This document shows positions 39,401 to 48,331 of a stretch of DNA of 64,000 nt, piece by piece. The stretch lies in assembly GCA_047967505.1 (NCBI GenBank), contig CM106538.1. One strand, 5' to 3'. Source of the stretch: Dipteris shenzhenensis (taxonomy: Eukaryota). Below the pieces are notes generated by a model. It was not told where the DNA came from and ran no database searches. It saw nothing but the letters and a program-made list of their open reading frames with translations. Position numbers and translations under genes: made by a program. Position 1 is the first letter of the stretch; each line of letters starts with the position of its first letter.

Positions 39401-42400
39401 CTCTCCAAGCTTGCTCAACAGAGGGAGGCCATAAAGGGGGAGATTGATCGAGTCAATCCAGAGCTTCAAAAGGCAAATATCTCCTTTTTAAAAATATTGA
39501 CTGCCATTAAGCTTGCTGTCATACTATATTGAGTGCTGTTGGTCCATCTTAGTTATTCATCATAGTTAGTAACATATGTGATTTGTTGTTGCAGGTGCAG
39601 GAAATTATTTCGAACAGGAACAAAGCTATCGTGAAGCTGGAAAACCGAATCAATGAAATTATTGACAGAATCTATAAGGACTTCAGTGAATCTATTGGAG
39701 TTGCAAATATTCGTGAATATGAAGAAAATCAATTACGAGCTGCCCAGGAGTTAGCAGAAAGGCGACTCAGTTTGAGCAGTCAAATTTCAAAACTGAAAAA
39801 TCAGTAAGGCTGTACATGCGTTGATGAAGTGTTATACAATATTTTATAGTGTCCAAGTATGTTTAGTATTTGAACATTGCCATGTCCAATCATTGATATT
39901 GGATGGTTTTTACAGGCTGCAATATGAACAAAGGAGAGATACCGAGGCACCCTTGAGAAAGATATCTACCACTCTTGAGGTTTTGAGGGAAGAGCTGATC
40001 AGGGTGCAGAGCCACGAAAGCGAAGAAAAGGCAGCCATGGATACAGCTGCACAACAATTAGAGGAAATGAAAAAAGAGGCAGAGGGTGGGTTTGGAAAGG
40101 CTTGTTTTGGGTAAAAACAAAAGAGTGGAATTATTTTGCCGTGAAGAATGCTGAAGATTTTCTTTGTGATGCAGGAATAAAGTCCAAAGCTGATCAATTT
40201 GAGAATGAAATACAGGAGTTGAAAAAACAAGCAAGCAGTGATACTGCAAACCTTGGCAAACTGAAGCGGCAAATGACTGTGAAGGTTCTCTCTCAGAACA
40301 TCTACATACACAGTCAATGACTTGTCATTTTCAATTATGAAATGAGTCAAGTCTATCAGGAAAAGAATTTCTCTGATATTCATTAATGGAAGGTCTTCCA
40401 GAACCGACTTCACTTTTATCCCATGGTTTGCATTGAAGAGTTACTGAGGAAAAAGAACTTCTGAGCTCAGGTTGCTACGAGGTTTATATTTCTCTATATG
40501 CTTTTGTGCACTCAAGGTCTCACATTGGATGACTCAGTGACTAGCAAGGTGAATTGAATGTTGGTTGTGCAGCGAACCTGAGGAGAGTAAAATATATACA
40601 CTGGTTCATGGTCACAGCTTTGATTTTCTGTATTTGCTTGGCAGACATGTAAAAGTTGTCAGGAAGACCCAAATTATGGAGAAATGGACTAAAAACTGTC
40701 TTGAAAGTACTGCACAATGTGAGGCAACAAAGGGAGATAGAAAGAAAGAAAGAAAGAAAGTTTATTAAAAGGCTCTATGTTACAGATACAATGAGCTCAA
40801 TGGGTGGAGCCTTTAAGCGGGCATCAGCACCCAAGAAAAATACAACATAATCATTTAAACAGCCCATGGAGAGGATGCTGTGGCATAGCATCACTGAGAT
40901 GATCCTCTGGAAACTGATGGAGGGGTCAAGCCCAAGGGGGAGCCTGGTGGTGTACAAGGCTGTGATGGCATAAAACCTTTGACACAGCACTTGCGGCGGT
41001 CGATGTGTGTGGTCCGTTGTGGCCTCCTAGTTGTGGCCCTGTGTAGGACTAGTGCAACTGTCACGCCATCTCCCTGGGGCCTACTGGTCCGTGCCATCTG
41101 GCAGCGATCAAGTCTAGTTGTACACCCTGATCTCTCCTATGTGTCTTGAGTAGATGCTCTGTGTTGGATGGTCTGATGAATGAACGTTGCTAGGCATATC
41201 TGTTTTGGATAAGGCAAGAAATTAGAGAGGGGTCTGAAACTATCCTTGAGGAGACAATGGTAATGACGTCGGATCTCATAGTATACCGGGCATCTAAAAG
41301 CGAAATGGTCCTTTGACTTGATCTCCTGCTGATCACATACAATACAGATGCCCTCTTTATGTATGACCTTAGCTTGCCCACTCCAGTGCGTAGTTGGATT
41401 GATGAGACACGGAATGCCCAATCAATAGCTCAAGGAATGGGGGAGGTGAATCAGTGTATAACCTAATGGTTCAATGAAGCCCTCCTCTGAAATCCATAAG
41501 CAGTGTTCCTTATAGAAGATTGAGCTTCATAGGGAGCTCGTTGGGTGCCAACTAGGCCCGGAATGTGTGTAGCTGTAAGAGATCCTCTTGGATAACTTGA
41601 TTGACCTCGTGATAGGTGATTGGAATAGGAGGCGCCTCAATGCTATATTGAAAGGGGGATAATTTGTCCATGTGGAGCTCAAACCATGTTCGTGTATGTG
41701 CGTACCAACACCTCTGATGGCCCTCAGAAGTTAAAGTCATGTAACCCTATCGAAACCATGGTCTACAACACTAGAATCATATGCAAGCAACTCGACACCC
41801 AACCATGCTGATCCAGACTTGGCCCCATTGAGCCGAGGCTAGAGGGCCTTGTGGAAACTGCAAGCCCTACAAGCCATACCTCACCCTTGGCATCCCATAC
41901 CTCCTGGTGAACATCTGCATTGGTAGCTCCTACTTCTACTCCCTCACTGGCCAGTGTGTGCAACTATGGCCCTGGCCCTCCCTTTGTAGCCTCGAGGAAG
42001 AGTGCTCACCAAGAAAAGTGAAAAAGCAATCCTGTTGACCCATGCTCCCACGGATAGCACTCTAGCCTGTCATCTCCCTACCTATCCCTAGCGTGCACAT
42101 GACATACTTTCCTTTCTCAAAGAGCTGACTGCTGAGCTGATAAACTCTCAGAAGAAGTAGTCAACTTGCTAGAAACAACTCACTATTGGTCCAAACCAAT
42201 AGACTCAAGGACAATCCTACCAAGAGAGCCACCTGCTCAGAAACATAACATGAGCATGAAGTCCTGGTCAAAAAGCAACATCCTTTGGTAGTGAAATCAA
42301 ATCTACACTCCTCAGTCTCGAAAGTGAATCAAATCTACACTTTCCAGGTCTCGGAAGTGAAATTAAATCTAACTTTCCACACTTGAAAAGTCAAAATATC

Positions 42401-45400
42401 TGCTTTTCACATGTAGTCTAAAGTCTTAACTCAAAGCAAATTTGGCCGGTCAATGTCAAAGAAGCTTGAGTATCAAGAACCAATATTTTAAAAGACTCTA
42501 TTATGATTTAAGCGAGCATCTCATAATTGTCTGTATGAGTAACCTATCTTCTAAGAAAGGAAAAGGTAGTCTTGTGTTCGTAGGCGCAGAGTCCTAAATA
42601 AATCTGGATGCTCTGGCATAACCCCGTCACATTGATGGATCATGGAGTCCCATACCACCTGAATACACCACACCCCCACGTACTATGATTGCTAAAACTC
42701 CAGTTTGTGGATTTGTCGCGAATTATCAATACAAATGGCCAACCAAAAACCACAAAATTGAAAAAGCTCTCGAAAAGTATTGATGCAATTCGAGACTAGG
42801 GACCAACTCTTGGTCTAGAGAATAGGCAGCGTCTGTGCACGTAGAAACTTCCTTGACAAGCGTCCGAGTCGAAGCATCTATCTATACCCATCAAATCTTG
42901 GAAGCTAAGCATGTTTCCCAAAACTTTGGACTCATTGAAATCCTTGAGATTTTAGATCCCTATGAAAGGATTCTCATCAAACAATTAGCTATAGACATCT
43001 AAGACACCCCCAATTGGCAATCAAAAGGCTCTCATGTCTATAAGCAACAAACAATTAAAGTTTTAGAATCACATCCACAAAGAAGTGGGTTAAAAGCTTA
43101 AGAGTTAACCTTATGACAAGCATAAGAAAACAATGTATTGAATTCAGCCCAAAATCGGGTGAGTACAAAGAAAGGCTGAGGTGCCTAGAGATCAAGTGCG
43201 AGATCTCTTATGCTTATAAAGAACATGGTGTTGACGCAATGCTTCTAAGACACATTGTTGACACTTATTAGAGCCTTTAGTCACATACTTTTGATTCTGT
43301 GGAGTCTGATAATATCTAAGAGATTCCCAAAGCTCTTCTTGCAAATTCTCCCATCTCCTGAAGGACAGCTTTTGGTCTTCGTGGAATGAGGTTTGAGGTG
43401 ATTTCATCCTCCAATTCTACAAGATAGTAATCCAAGGAAGGAGTCTTGTTACTGTGGTGGCTCTCCATCACCAAACACTCGCGAAGATTGAAACTGCAAG
43501 ATGCTTCGAGAAATCGCCCACGACAAGATGATGGCTGAAAGGAATGGTAGAGGAGGAGGATATCATAGTGGACAAAGAATTCAGCGCAGCTACAGAGCTT
43601 GTGCTGAGAAGAGACGGGTAGAGATAGCAAATCGCAAGAGAATCACAGCCAGAGGAGCTAGCAATGATGGCAAAATTTGAGAGAAGGATGCTAGGTCTAT
43701 GAGTGTGGAGGGACTGTATGGAAGGGCCTAACCTTGGTTAGGGAGACTTCAAGTGGGCCGAGAGATTCGACTATGGCAACTCCTTGTACCATGGCCTTCT
43801 ACCCACAAAAAGTGAGCTTGAACTTGAGGCATTCACCCCAATGTGGGCTTGTGGGCCTCCTCCAAACCTTAGGTTCATATTTCTTTTTGAAGTGTAGAAA
43901 ATAGCTGAGTTGTGTCTGTATGAGAGATTTTGAAATGATCATAAGAGGGATTGACTGTATAATGACTGGTCCAAACAGATGAGAAACAAAAAAAAATGCA
44001 TCCAAATAGATAGTAGAAACATCACATGATGTGCTCTGCATATTCTGATATTAGAGATCTTGCCAGAGCTTTGTTTACTGAGGTAAACAAGTTTAGGAAG
44101 TGCACACAACCCTCAAATTGTTATAAATGATATCCAAGAGAAGCATGTGTGCACTGGGGAGGCGTAATCTAAGCTTTTCGTTGCCTTATTTGTTTTGCAG
44201 ATTGTCGTAATCATGGGTAGGGGAGCATTTGTATTTCAAATATTTCCACCAGCAAATTGCAACACTCTTGGCCTGATCCCTTTTAGAACAAGAGAGGAGG
44301 GGATTCTTTTTCAGTTTTGGGTTCCATAGGCTACATTTGGTCTTGCAGGACGCTAAAAAGGAAGGTCATCCAATCCATCCATCCATCGTCCTTACTCCCT
44401 TCGAAAACGAGAGAGAACATACTCCCTCCAGCACTATTTGGATTCATCTTCATGTGCACACCAGCACACCGTCCTTGCCACATGCCTTGGACGTATGGAT
44501 TATGCATTGATTTGATAAGGTTGATCCTTCTTTACCAATGTTTTGGCTGCCTGCTTATGCACTGTGGAATAGAAAGGAAAGGGTTAGCCATGGTTTATGC
44601 CATTAAAAAAGATAGAAATTGTGAAACCACTTCAGGTTTTACCCAAGATCTGTTGTACGTGATGAGAACAAGCCCAACAGTACAAGAAGATGGCTCCTCT
44701 TGCTGCTGATGGAGTTCGACTTCACTCTGGTGGTGAGGAAAGGCAAACAACACCCGTGGACCACTGATCACGAATTGACACTGGATAAGAAGCCAGTGGG
44801 GTAGAGGATGACTTGATGGCTCAAATGGTAGGTGACACTTGAGAGGGTTCATGTGCAAAATTACAAATGTGCTTACTCAATATGCTTGTCCCATGACTTG
44901 CATACAACATGTGTTCAAGAGTCCTTACATATGGGTCCTACATTCCTTTCCCTTCATAAAAAATTGAAATTTATAATTTTGTAAATTTGAAGTCCCCTTT
45001 CGAATGTTATCCCTTCCTTGCTTCACCTTTTTCTTAATAGGGTGGTTTATCTATAGTTAAGTTAAGTGCCTCATTGCCCAATTTTGCTTGGCTGGTTGCC
45101 CTTCGTGCCTTTTTCACGGCAACCATTGCAACCTTGCCTTAGGTCTTTTCCTTATCTGCTGGTGGTTTAAAACATAATATTTTCAGCTGGTATTTGGAGG
45201 AGTAAGCTTCGTCTTATGGAGAGGACAAGTCTTGCTGGGACATAATTATGTCTTAACACGTTTGTATAACGTGAACAGACAAATTGCCTTAGTGTGACAG
45301 TAATATCAATCAACAATGTATCATATGAATTAATCTCAAAATCGTGTGAAATTCACAGAGCAACCAGATTCTCGAAAACGGTTTCTTTACAGGTAAAGTA

Positions 45401-46772
45401 ATGGAGCTGATCTCTTGATGGTGCTTTGACAGGAAACACAAATTGAACAGCTAAACTCTCGCAGGCTCGAAGTGCTGGAGAATTGCGAATTGGACCAAAT
45501 AAAGCTTCCCATTGTGCCAGATTCCATGGATGTAGACTCTGCTGGATCAAGTGTACAGTTATCAACATATGATTATTCACATCTAAACAGATTGCATCAG
45601 CAGGTGGGTATCTGTCACCAGTTGGCTGTTGCAGATCATTTCCCTTCACGTTATTTGGTGTCTCCACCTGTTGATGTTGACCATTTGACTGAGCTGTAAA
45701 ATCATCTAGGCAACTGAGAAAGAGAAGCTCGAGGCAGAGTTCAAGGCAAAATTAGCATCCATTTCTTCGGAGATAGAAAGAACTGCTCCAAATCTCAAAG
45801 CTTTGGATCAGTATGAGGTCCTTCGTGAAAAGGAGAGGGAGGCGGTTGAGGAGTTTGAAGCAGCCAGGAGGGAGGCGAAGGAAATTACTGACAAATATAA
45901 CAGTGTCAAACAAAAAAGGTTTCCGAGTTTTTTGGTTATTTATGAAACAGCTACTATGAGCAATAGTTACACATTATTAACGATGCTATTTATTGATTTT
46001 GCAGGTATGAAAGGTTTATGGATGCATTTAACCATATTTCCACTAATATCAATAAGATCTACAAGCAACTTACACAGAGTAATACCCACCCTCTTGGTGG
46101 CACTGCTTATTTGAGTTTAGAGAATGAAGATGAGCCATTTTTATATGGGATCAAGTACACAGCCATGCCCCCTACAAAGCGTTTTAGGGACATGGAACAG
46201 CTTTCTGGTGGAGAGAAGACCGTGGCTGCTCTTGCACTGCTTTTTGCTATCCACAGGTATAGTGATTCAAGATGGTGGAGAGAGTTTAATTAGGGGCTGT
46301 CCTTTTTTTAAACCTGTTTATCAATCGAACAATTAAATTTCCGTCATGATACTAAGTTCCATGTACTTTTGGCCTGTTGTGATTGCAGTTTTCGACCATC
46401 TCCATTCTTTGTACTAGATGAGGTAGATGCAGCTTTAGACAACTTGAATGTTGCTAAGGTGGCAGCCTTCATCAGAGCCAAATCTAGAGATGAAGCAATA
46501 AGCCAAGACAATGAAAGCAAGGGGGTTGGATTCCAAAGCGTGGTCATATCACTGAAAGACTCCTTTTATGATAAAGCAGATGCTTTGGTCGGTGTTTATC
46601 GTGATTCTGAGCGAAGGTAAGTGTGCGGTTTACTGATCTTTGCTTTGCTAAAAAAATTTGGGCAGTTTTTCAGGTATTGCATTTCAGCTACGTAGTGGGT
46701 ATATAATAAAGTGCTGTGGATTGCAGTTGTTCCAGGACTCTTACTTTTGACCTCAGCAAATATAGTGATTAA
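15947..46772 (+). CDS. SMC1: Structural maintenance of chromosomes protein 1 (cohesin subunit), 5'-partial; 18 coding exons in window
   Basis: Phase-consistent exon chain: 15947-16183, 21416-21649, 21977-22215, 22813-23079, 23290-23560, 23830-23954, 24050-24159, 24253-24360, 39104-39243, 39383-39472, 39595-39803, 39916-40085, 40175-40284, 45433-45603, 45710-45918, 46005-46256, 46389-46616, 46727-46772(TAA). It translates to [11 protein letters not shown], coiled coils, the hinge ([10 protein letters not shown]...GTMTGG), signature LSGGEKT, Walker B/D-loop [12 protein letters not shown] and C-terminal [14 protein letters not shown]. The Walker A exon is not in the window. Confidence 0.97.
16766..17346 (+). 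mobile_element. Non-coding structured-RNA retro-insertion, family B (~2.2 tandem copies of a 268-bp unit)
   Basis: Units start at 16762, 17030 and 17297; flanked by AAACTTCT (16758-16765/17347-17354), which is single in the sister LTR 13414-14554; ends AAAGGTATA(TA). Confidence 0.85.
16801..16920 (+). ncRNA. Conserved RNA structural motif, copy 2 (copy 3 at 17069-17188)
   Basis: AGGTATA-7nt-ATCGCC TTAGC GGAC ATGC stem TC GTCC AAGT GGTGAT, then an AGCTGTT..AACAGCT domain. Confidence 0.6.
19108..19365. repeat. Tandem repeat, ~104-bp unit x ~2.5, followed by GA-rich GGGCTGAGAG repeats to ~19620
   Basis: Repeated AGCTTGCAAAG..TAGATGCA..GGTATGGATAGTTCC..CATAGAAATAG. Confidence 0.75.
20809..21147 (+). 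mobile_element. 5'-truncated copy of family A insertion
   Basis: 339-bp near-identical match to 10019-10357, ending at the same AGGTATA; TSD not clear. Confidence 0.8.
21416..21649 (+). CDS. SMC1: SMC1 exon ([11 protein letters not shown]...KAELDKK)
   Basis: AG/GT bounded, 234 bp, coiled coil. Confidence 0.93.
21977..22215 (+). CDS. SMC1: SMC1 exon ([10 protein letters not shown]...QEYHR)
   Basis: AG/GT bounded, coiled coil. Confidence 0.92.
22813..23079 (+). CDS. SMC1: SMC1 exon (KEEAGTKTA...DRHRKS)
   Basis: AG/GT bounded, phase consistent. Confidence 0.92.
23290..23560 (+). CDS. SMC1: SMC1 exon (TKYDNLK...TGKECIK), hinge start
   Basis: Hinge motif [12 protein letters not shown]; followed by GC donor GCAAGT. 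Confidence 0.92.
23830..23954 (+). CDS. SMC1: SMC1 exon ([15 protein letters not shown]...YDVI)
   Basis: Hinge peptide; followed by the U12 donor ATATCCTT. Confidence 0.92.
23955..24049 (+). other. U12-type (minor spliceosome) AT-AC intron of SMC1
   Basis: 5' ATATCCTTG, branch site TTCTTAAC at 24033-24040, terminal AC; its removal restores the conserved VIQ|FDP. Confidence 0.9.
24050..24159 (+). CDS. SMC1: SMC1 exon ([19 protein letters not shown]...ERYK)
   Basis: Preceded by TTCTTAAC branch site and AC acceptor; GT donor. Confidence 0.9.
24253..24360 (+). CDS. SMC1: SMC1 exon ([18 protein letters not shown]...RAIE)
   Basis: Hinge glycine motif; AG/GT bounded. Confidence 0.93.
31048..37328 (-). 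mobile_element. Intact Ty1/copia retrotransposon
   Basis: 212-bp LTRs 31048-31259 and 37117-37328 (1 mismatch); TSD ACATC; PBS TGGTATCAGAGCC 37102-37114; PPT AGGTGGGAGGT. Confidence 0.97.
31358..35467 (-). CDS. Copia gag-pol polyprotein (1369 aa, uninterrupted)
   Basis: CCHC knuckle, WLLDSGAS protease, HHCC/DDE integrase, RT LYVDD, RNase H, in copia order. Confidence 0.96.
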   Translation of the reverse strand: MASGGGDSSILNIKKLEGAHNYALWAEQCLNVLLLKKIAKPIRVKGVKPSDMAADDWEELDLSARAAIMLTISDTLVFNVQAEKTSYGLWQRLEELYAQKSSASKVYWLKKLVDLRMKEGTAMTSHLSEFNAIFTQLIAQGLNLDEEFKATFLLCTLPESWDTFKTTLSNSNATLIYADVESSLLMEEMSRKNNAGSKSSNALQVQDRGRTQQKGRSASKSRSRSQSRGKKDIECFYCGKKGHVKSKCFKFIRDQKAKKAETQDAGNASKGKGKAKIVELDAVNVAAEDSDSDIHDVLCSSAVIAHALVIDGHDMHTWLLDSGASFHVTPHREWFTSYTGTHGVVHLGNNYACQIAGIGSIKIVFPDGQSFMLDGVRHVPEIKKNLISTGLLDDSGYHTTFGDSKWVITDGQTVVAEGFKSDTLYPLYVSSVGNHVVAITELPKVSLWHSRLGHMSVMGMQELSRLGYLPPLSFSDLPTCDHCIFGKHSVTPHKRRTPQNRAPLDLVHTDLCEMPQLSLGGAKYFITFIDDATRKVWVYFLKHKGDALNAFKRFVAQVENRTGRRLKCLRSDNGGEYVSHAFVQFCQAKGIKQELTAPHNASQNGASERMNRTIQEKVRCMLSYAALPHGFWAEAVQTAIHIINRSPNKALELKVPEEVWSGKPPSYKHLRVFGCECFAHVRKDLRTKLDPKSIRCIFMGYGDEGEMGYRLWDPVKRKIIRNNDVIFKEDSVHKEPVQPVEYRRVIYDDVGQQRMPIYMQQQPAADHPVQEGIQAENQPDNFANDAPLDVPTDGAVEQPDTVVQPPVMHEDQAGQQPNPEQFVRRSTRAQRPPVRFVPGANNVADFIMLTDCGEPSSFKEAMGRTEKKKWEKAMQSEMDSLLQNDTWDLVQLPAGRKVLPCKWVYKVKVDSNDLPRYKARLVAKGFKQEKGIDFDEIFSPVVKMTTLRAVLALVAHADMNLCQMDVKTAFLHGDLHDEIYMSQPEGYAVKGKEQLVCKLKRSLYGLKQAPREWYKKFDAFMQSQGYHRCETDHCLYTKRATDGSLMLLILYVDDMLIASKSQHEISALKKQLHQSFDMKDLGDANHILGMRITRDRSKGLLFLSQKEYIDKVLQRFKMEGGKSISTPLPPHLKLSSKDSPRSDDDKAEMAKVPYASAVGSLMYAMVATRPDIAFAVGVISRYMANPGKRHWEAVKGVLRYLKGTKDLCICYGRQDALVHGFTDSDYAGNADNRKSTTGYIFTFAGGAISWVSRLQKCVALSTTEAEYVAATEACKEAIWLTRLVKDLGITGDMPVLHCDSQSAIMLAKNPVFHQKTKHIEVKYHFIREVLEDKRLELVKVHTDDNPADLLTKSLPTERFAHCRHIMGLG
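39104..39243 (+). CDS. SMC1: SMC1 exon (GLKKNKERY...YADIEK)
   Basis: AG/GT bounded, phase matches exon ending at 24360. Confidence 0.92.
39383..39472 (+). CDS. SMC1: SMC1 exon (KNIEDKL...PELQK)
   Basis: 90 bp, AG acceptor, inferred GC donor (AAG|GCAAAT). Confidence 0.8.
39595..39803 (+). CDS. SMC1: SMC1 exon (VQEIISNRN...KLKN)
   Basis: Conserved [18 protein letters not shown]. Confidence 0.92.
39916..40085 (+). CDS. SMC1: SMC1 exon (LQYEQRRD...KKEAE)
   Basis: AG/GT bounded, phase consistent. Confidence 0.9.
40175..40284 (+). CDS. SMC1: SMC1 exon (IKSKADQF...QMTVK)
   Basis: AG/GT bounded, phase consistent. Confidence 0.9.
40737..42000 (-). mobile_element. 3' fragment of a non-LTR retrotransposon (RTE/RTEX-like) with (CTTT)n tail
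   Basis: C-terminal knuckle [27 protein letters not shown]; tail AAAC(TTTC)n on the minus strand, the same terminus also seen at ~24605-24635; upstream boundary approximate. Confidence 0.65.
45433..45603 (+). CDS. SMC1: SMC1 exon (ETQIEQL...RLHQQ)
   Basis: Conserved CEL.QI.LP motif. Confidence 0.9.
45710..45918 (+). CDS. SMC1: SMC1 exon ([11 protein letters not shown]...VKQK)
   Basis: Conserved [13 protein letters not shown]; the acceptor position is less certain. Confidence 0.85.
46005..46256 (+). CDS. SMC1: SMC1 exon with ABC signature ([18 protein letters not shown])
   Basis: Highly conserved SMC1 C-terminal head. Confidence 0.96.
46389..46616 (+). CDS. SMC1: SMC1 exon with Walker B/D-loop ([12 protein letters not shown])
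   Basis: Highly conserved; AG/GT bounded. Confidence 0.96.
46727..46772 (+). CDS. SMC1: SMC1 terminal exon ([14 protein letters not shown])
   Basis: AG acceptor, conserved T(L/M).FDL, TAA at 46770-46772. Confidence 0.9.
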
Positions 46773-47417
46773 GTTGGGTGCAGTCTTATACAAGTCAAAA
46801 CATGAATGGGCGCAGATGGTCTCTTTCCACTAGCCATGGTTTCAAGACTGTATTTATGTACATAGCTGCTTTCTAAGGGAGTGGAGCTTATCTTTTTATG
46901 TATATATAGCAGCACTTGACGTTTAGTCAATTGCCTACCATGGAAACCTCAAGTGTAATTTGGATGTTAAAAATCTGGCTTTTTCCTTGTCTATAAATGG
47001 GATTCAAAAAGAGCGTATTTGCACCTCAAGCTTTGGTATTCATGGGATAATGAAATTCGATGTTGACATTAAAATATAATCTCTTAGAAATAGTGGCTAT
47101 TTTATCAATTTGCGTTAATTTGTGAAAAAAATCTCGTTTCCCAAGAGTTTTTTGCAATATTCTTTGAGGTCCCTAAAGACAATGGCTTTCAGTTTGTTTT
47201 TGGGGACCAGTTCTGTGCATTCTTTATTGGAGTTGGAGTGCCAAGCCTTATAAATAGCATCCCTTTAAGGGACTTTTCTATTCTAATGTATCTTTTTAAT
47301 TCATTTTCTCGCTCATGAACGGCTATTCTCACCTAATGGCTTGGTTAACCTAGCTAACTTTGCATGTTGGTTCATCTATGTACTTTCCTCCATTTGGGCT
47401 TTTTTAACATGGTGACT

Positions 47418-47650
47418 TGATTTAGCTGCAAGAAATCACGACTCATCTAGAGGATTGGCTTACAATTGCATCGAAAGAACAATGCAATCAAGACTTGTTG
47501 ATTTTCATCTTCACATGACTCAATTGATCGGAGCTTTTTTGATATGGAAACTTGATTTAGGTGCAAGAAATCATACGACTCATCTAGAGGATTGGTTTAA
47601 AATTGCATCGAAAGAACAGTGCAATCAGGACCGGTTGATTTTCATCTTCA
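47418..47650. repeat. Direct duplication, ~135-bp period
   Basis: TGATTTAG.TGCAAGAAATCA..GACTCATCTAGAGGATTGG..TTGATTTTCATCTTCA present twice. Confidence 0.75.
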
Positions 47651-48188
47651 AATTTCGCATATGTTCTAGCTTTGCCCTTAATTTTCAAGTAGTCATGTGT
47701 GGGTGTGTGCTAAGGTGGGAATTGAACCAACTGCACCCAATAGTCACAATCTCAAACCCCCAGGGTGAACTCTAATGTAGGATGGAGAAACATGGGCACA
47801 TAAGAAGGAAGGGACATAAGGGCAACACCTGCCAATCATGTGGTTGTCTCACCTAGAATTAGGATTTTTTGATGTCGCTTATGCAAATTTTCTTTTCCCA
47901 ACTTGTCTAAAAAGGTTTTCTATATACTCTTTGGATGCCTGCATATAATGATTTCTCCCTTTTGAGTAGCTTTTGGGATGCTAGGCATAGCTTGAAATGT
48001 ATTCTGATATGTTATCTTTGATGATTATCCTTAGTGTCTACCTCATAGATAGCGGTGCTACACATTGGCGATCACAATTTTCCTTCATTTTTTATGTTGT
48101 AGGTTCTTGGGTTTTCAATCCAAGGGTCCATTTGGTTGTATGCCTTGTGTTATTTTTAAAAGCTCTTTATTGAGATTTGGTATTATAA

Positions 48189-48192
<4 letters not shown>

Positions 48193-48242
<50 letters not shown>

Positions 48243-48290
48243 TAGATACATATACATACATACATACATACATATATATATGTGTGTGTG
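48193..48290. repeat. Compound microsatellite (CT)n,(TACA)n,(TA)n,(TG)n
   Basis: Seen directly. Confidence 0.9.
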
Positions 48291-48331
48291 CGCACCCAAA
48301 AAAAAAGTGTGTGTGTGTGTCGATACAGGTA

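Noticed and set aside
42300-43700. Possible further LINE ORF2 remnants (GGMGLHDP-like peptide, minus strand)
   Set aside because: Too decayed to delimit or classify by eye
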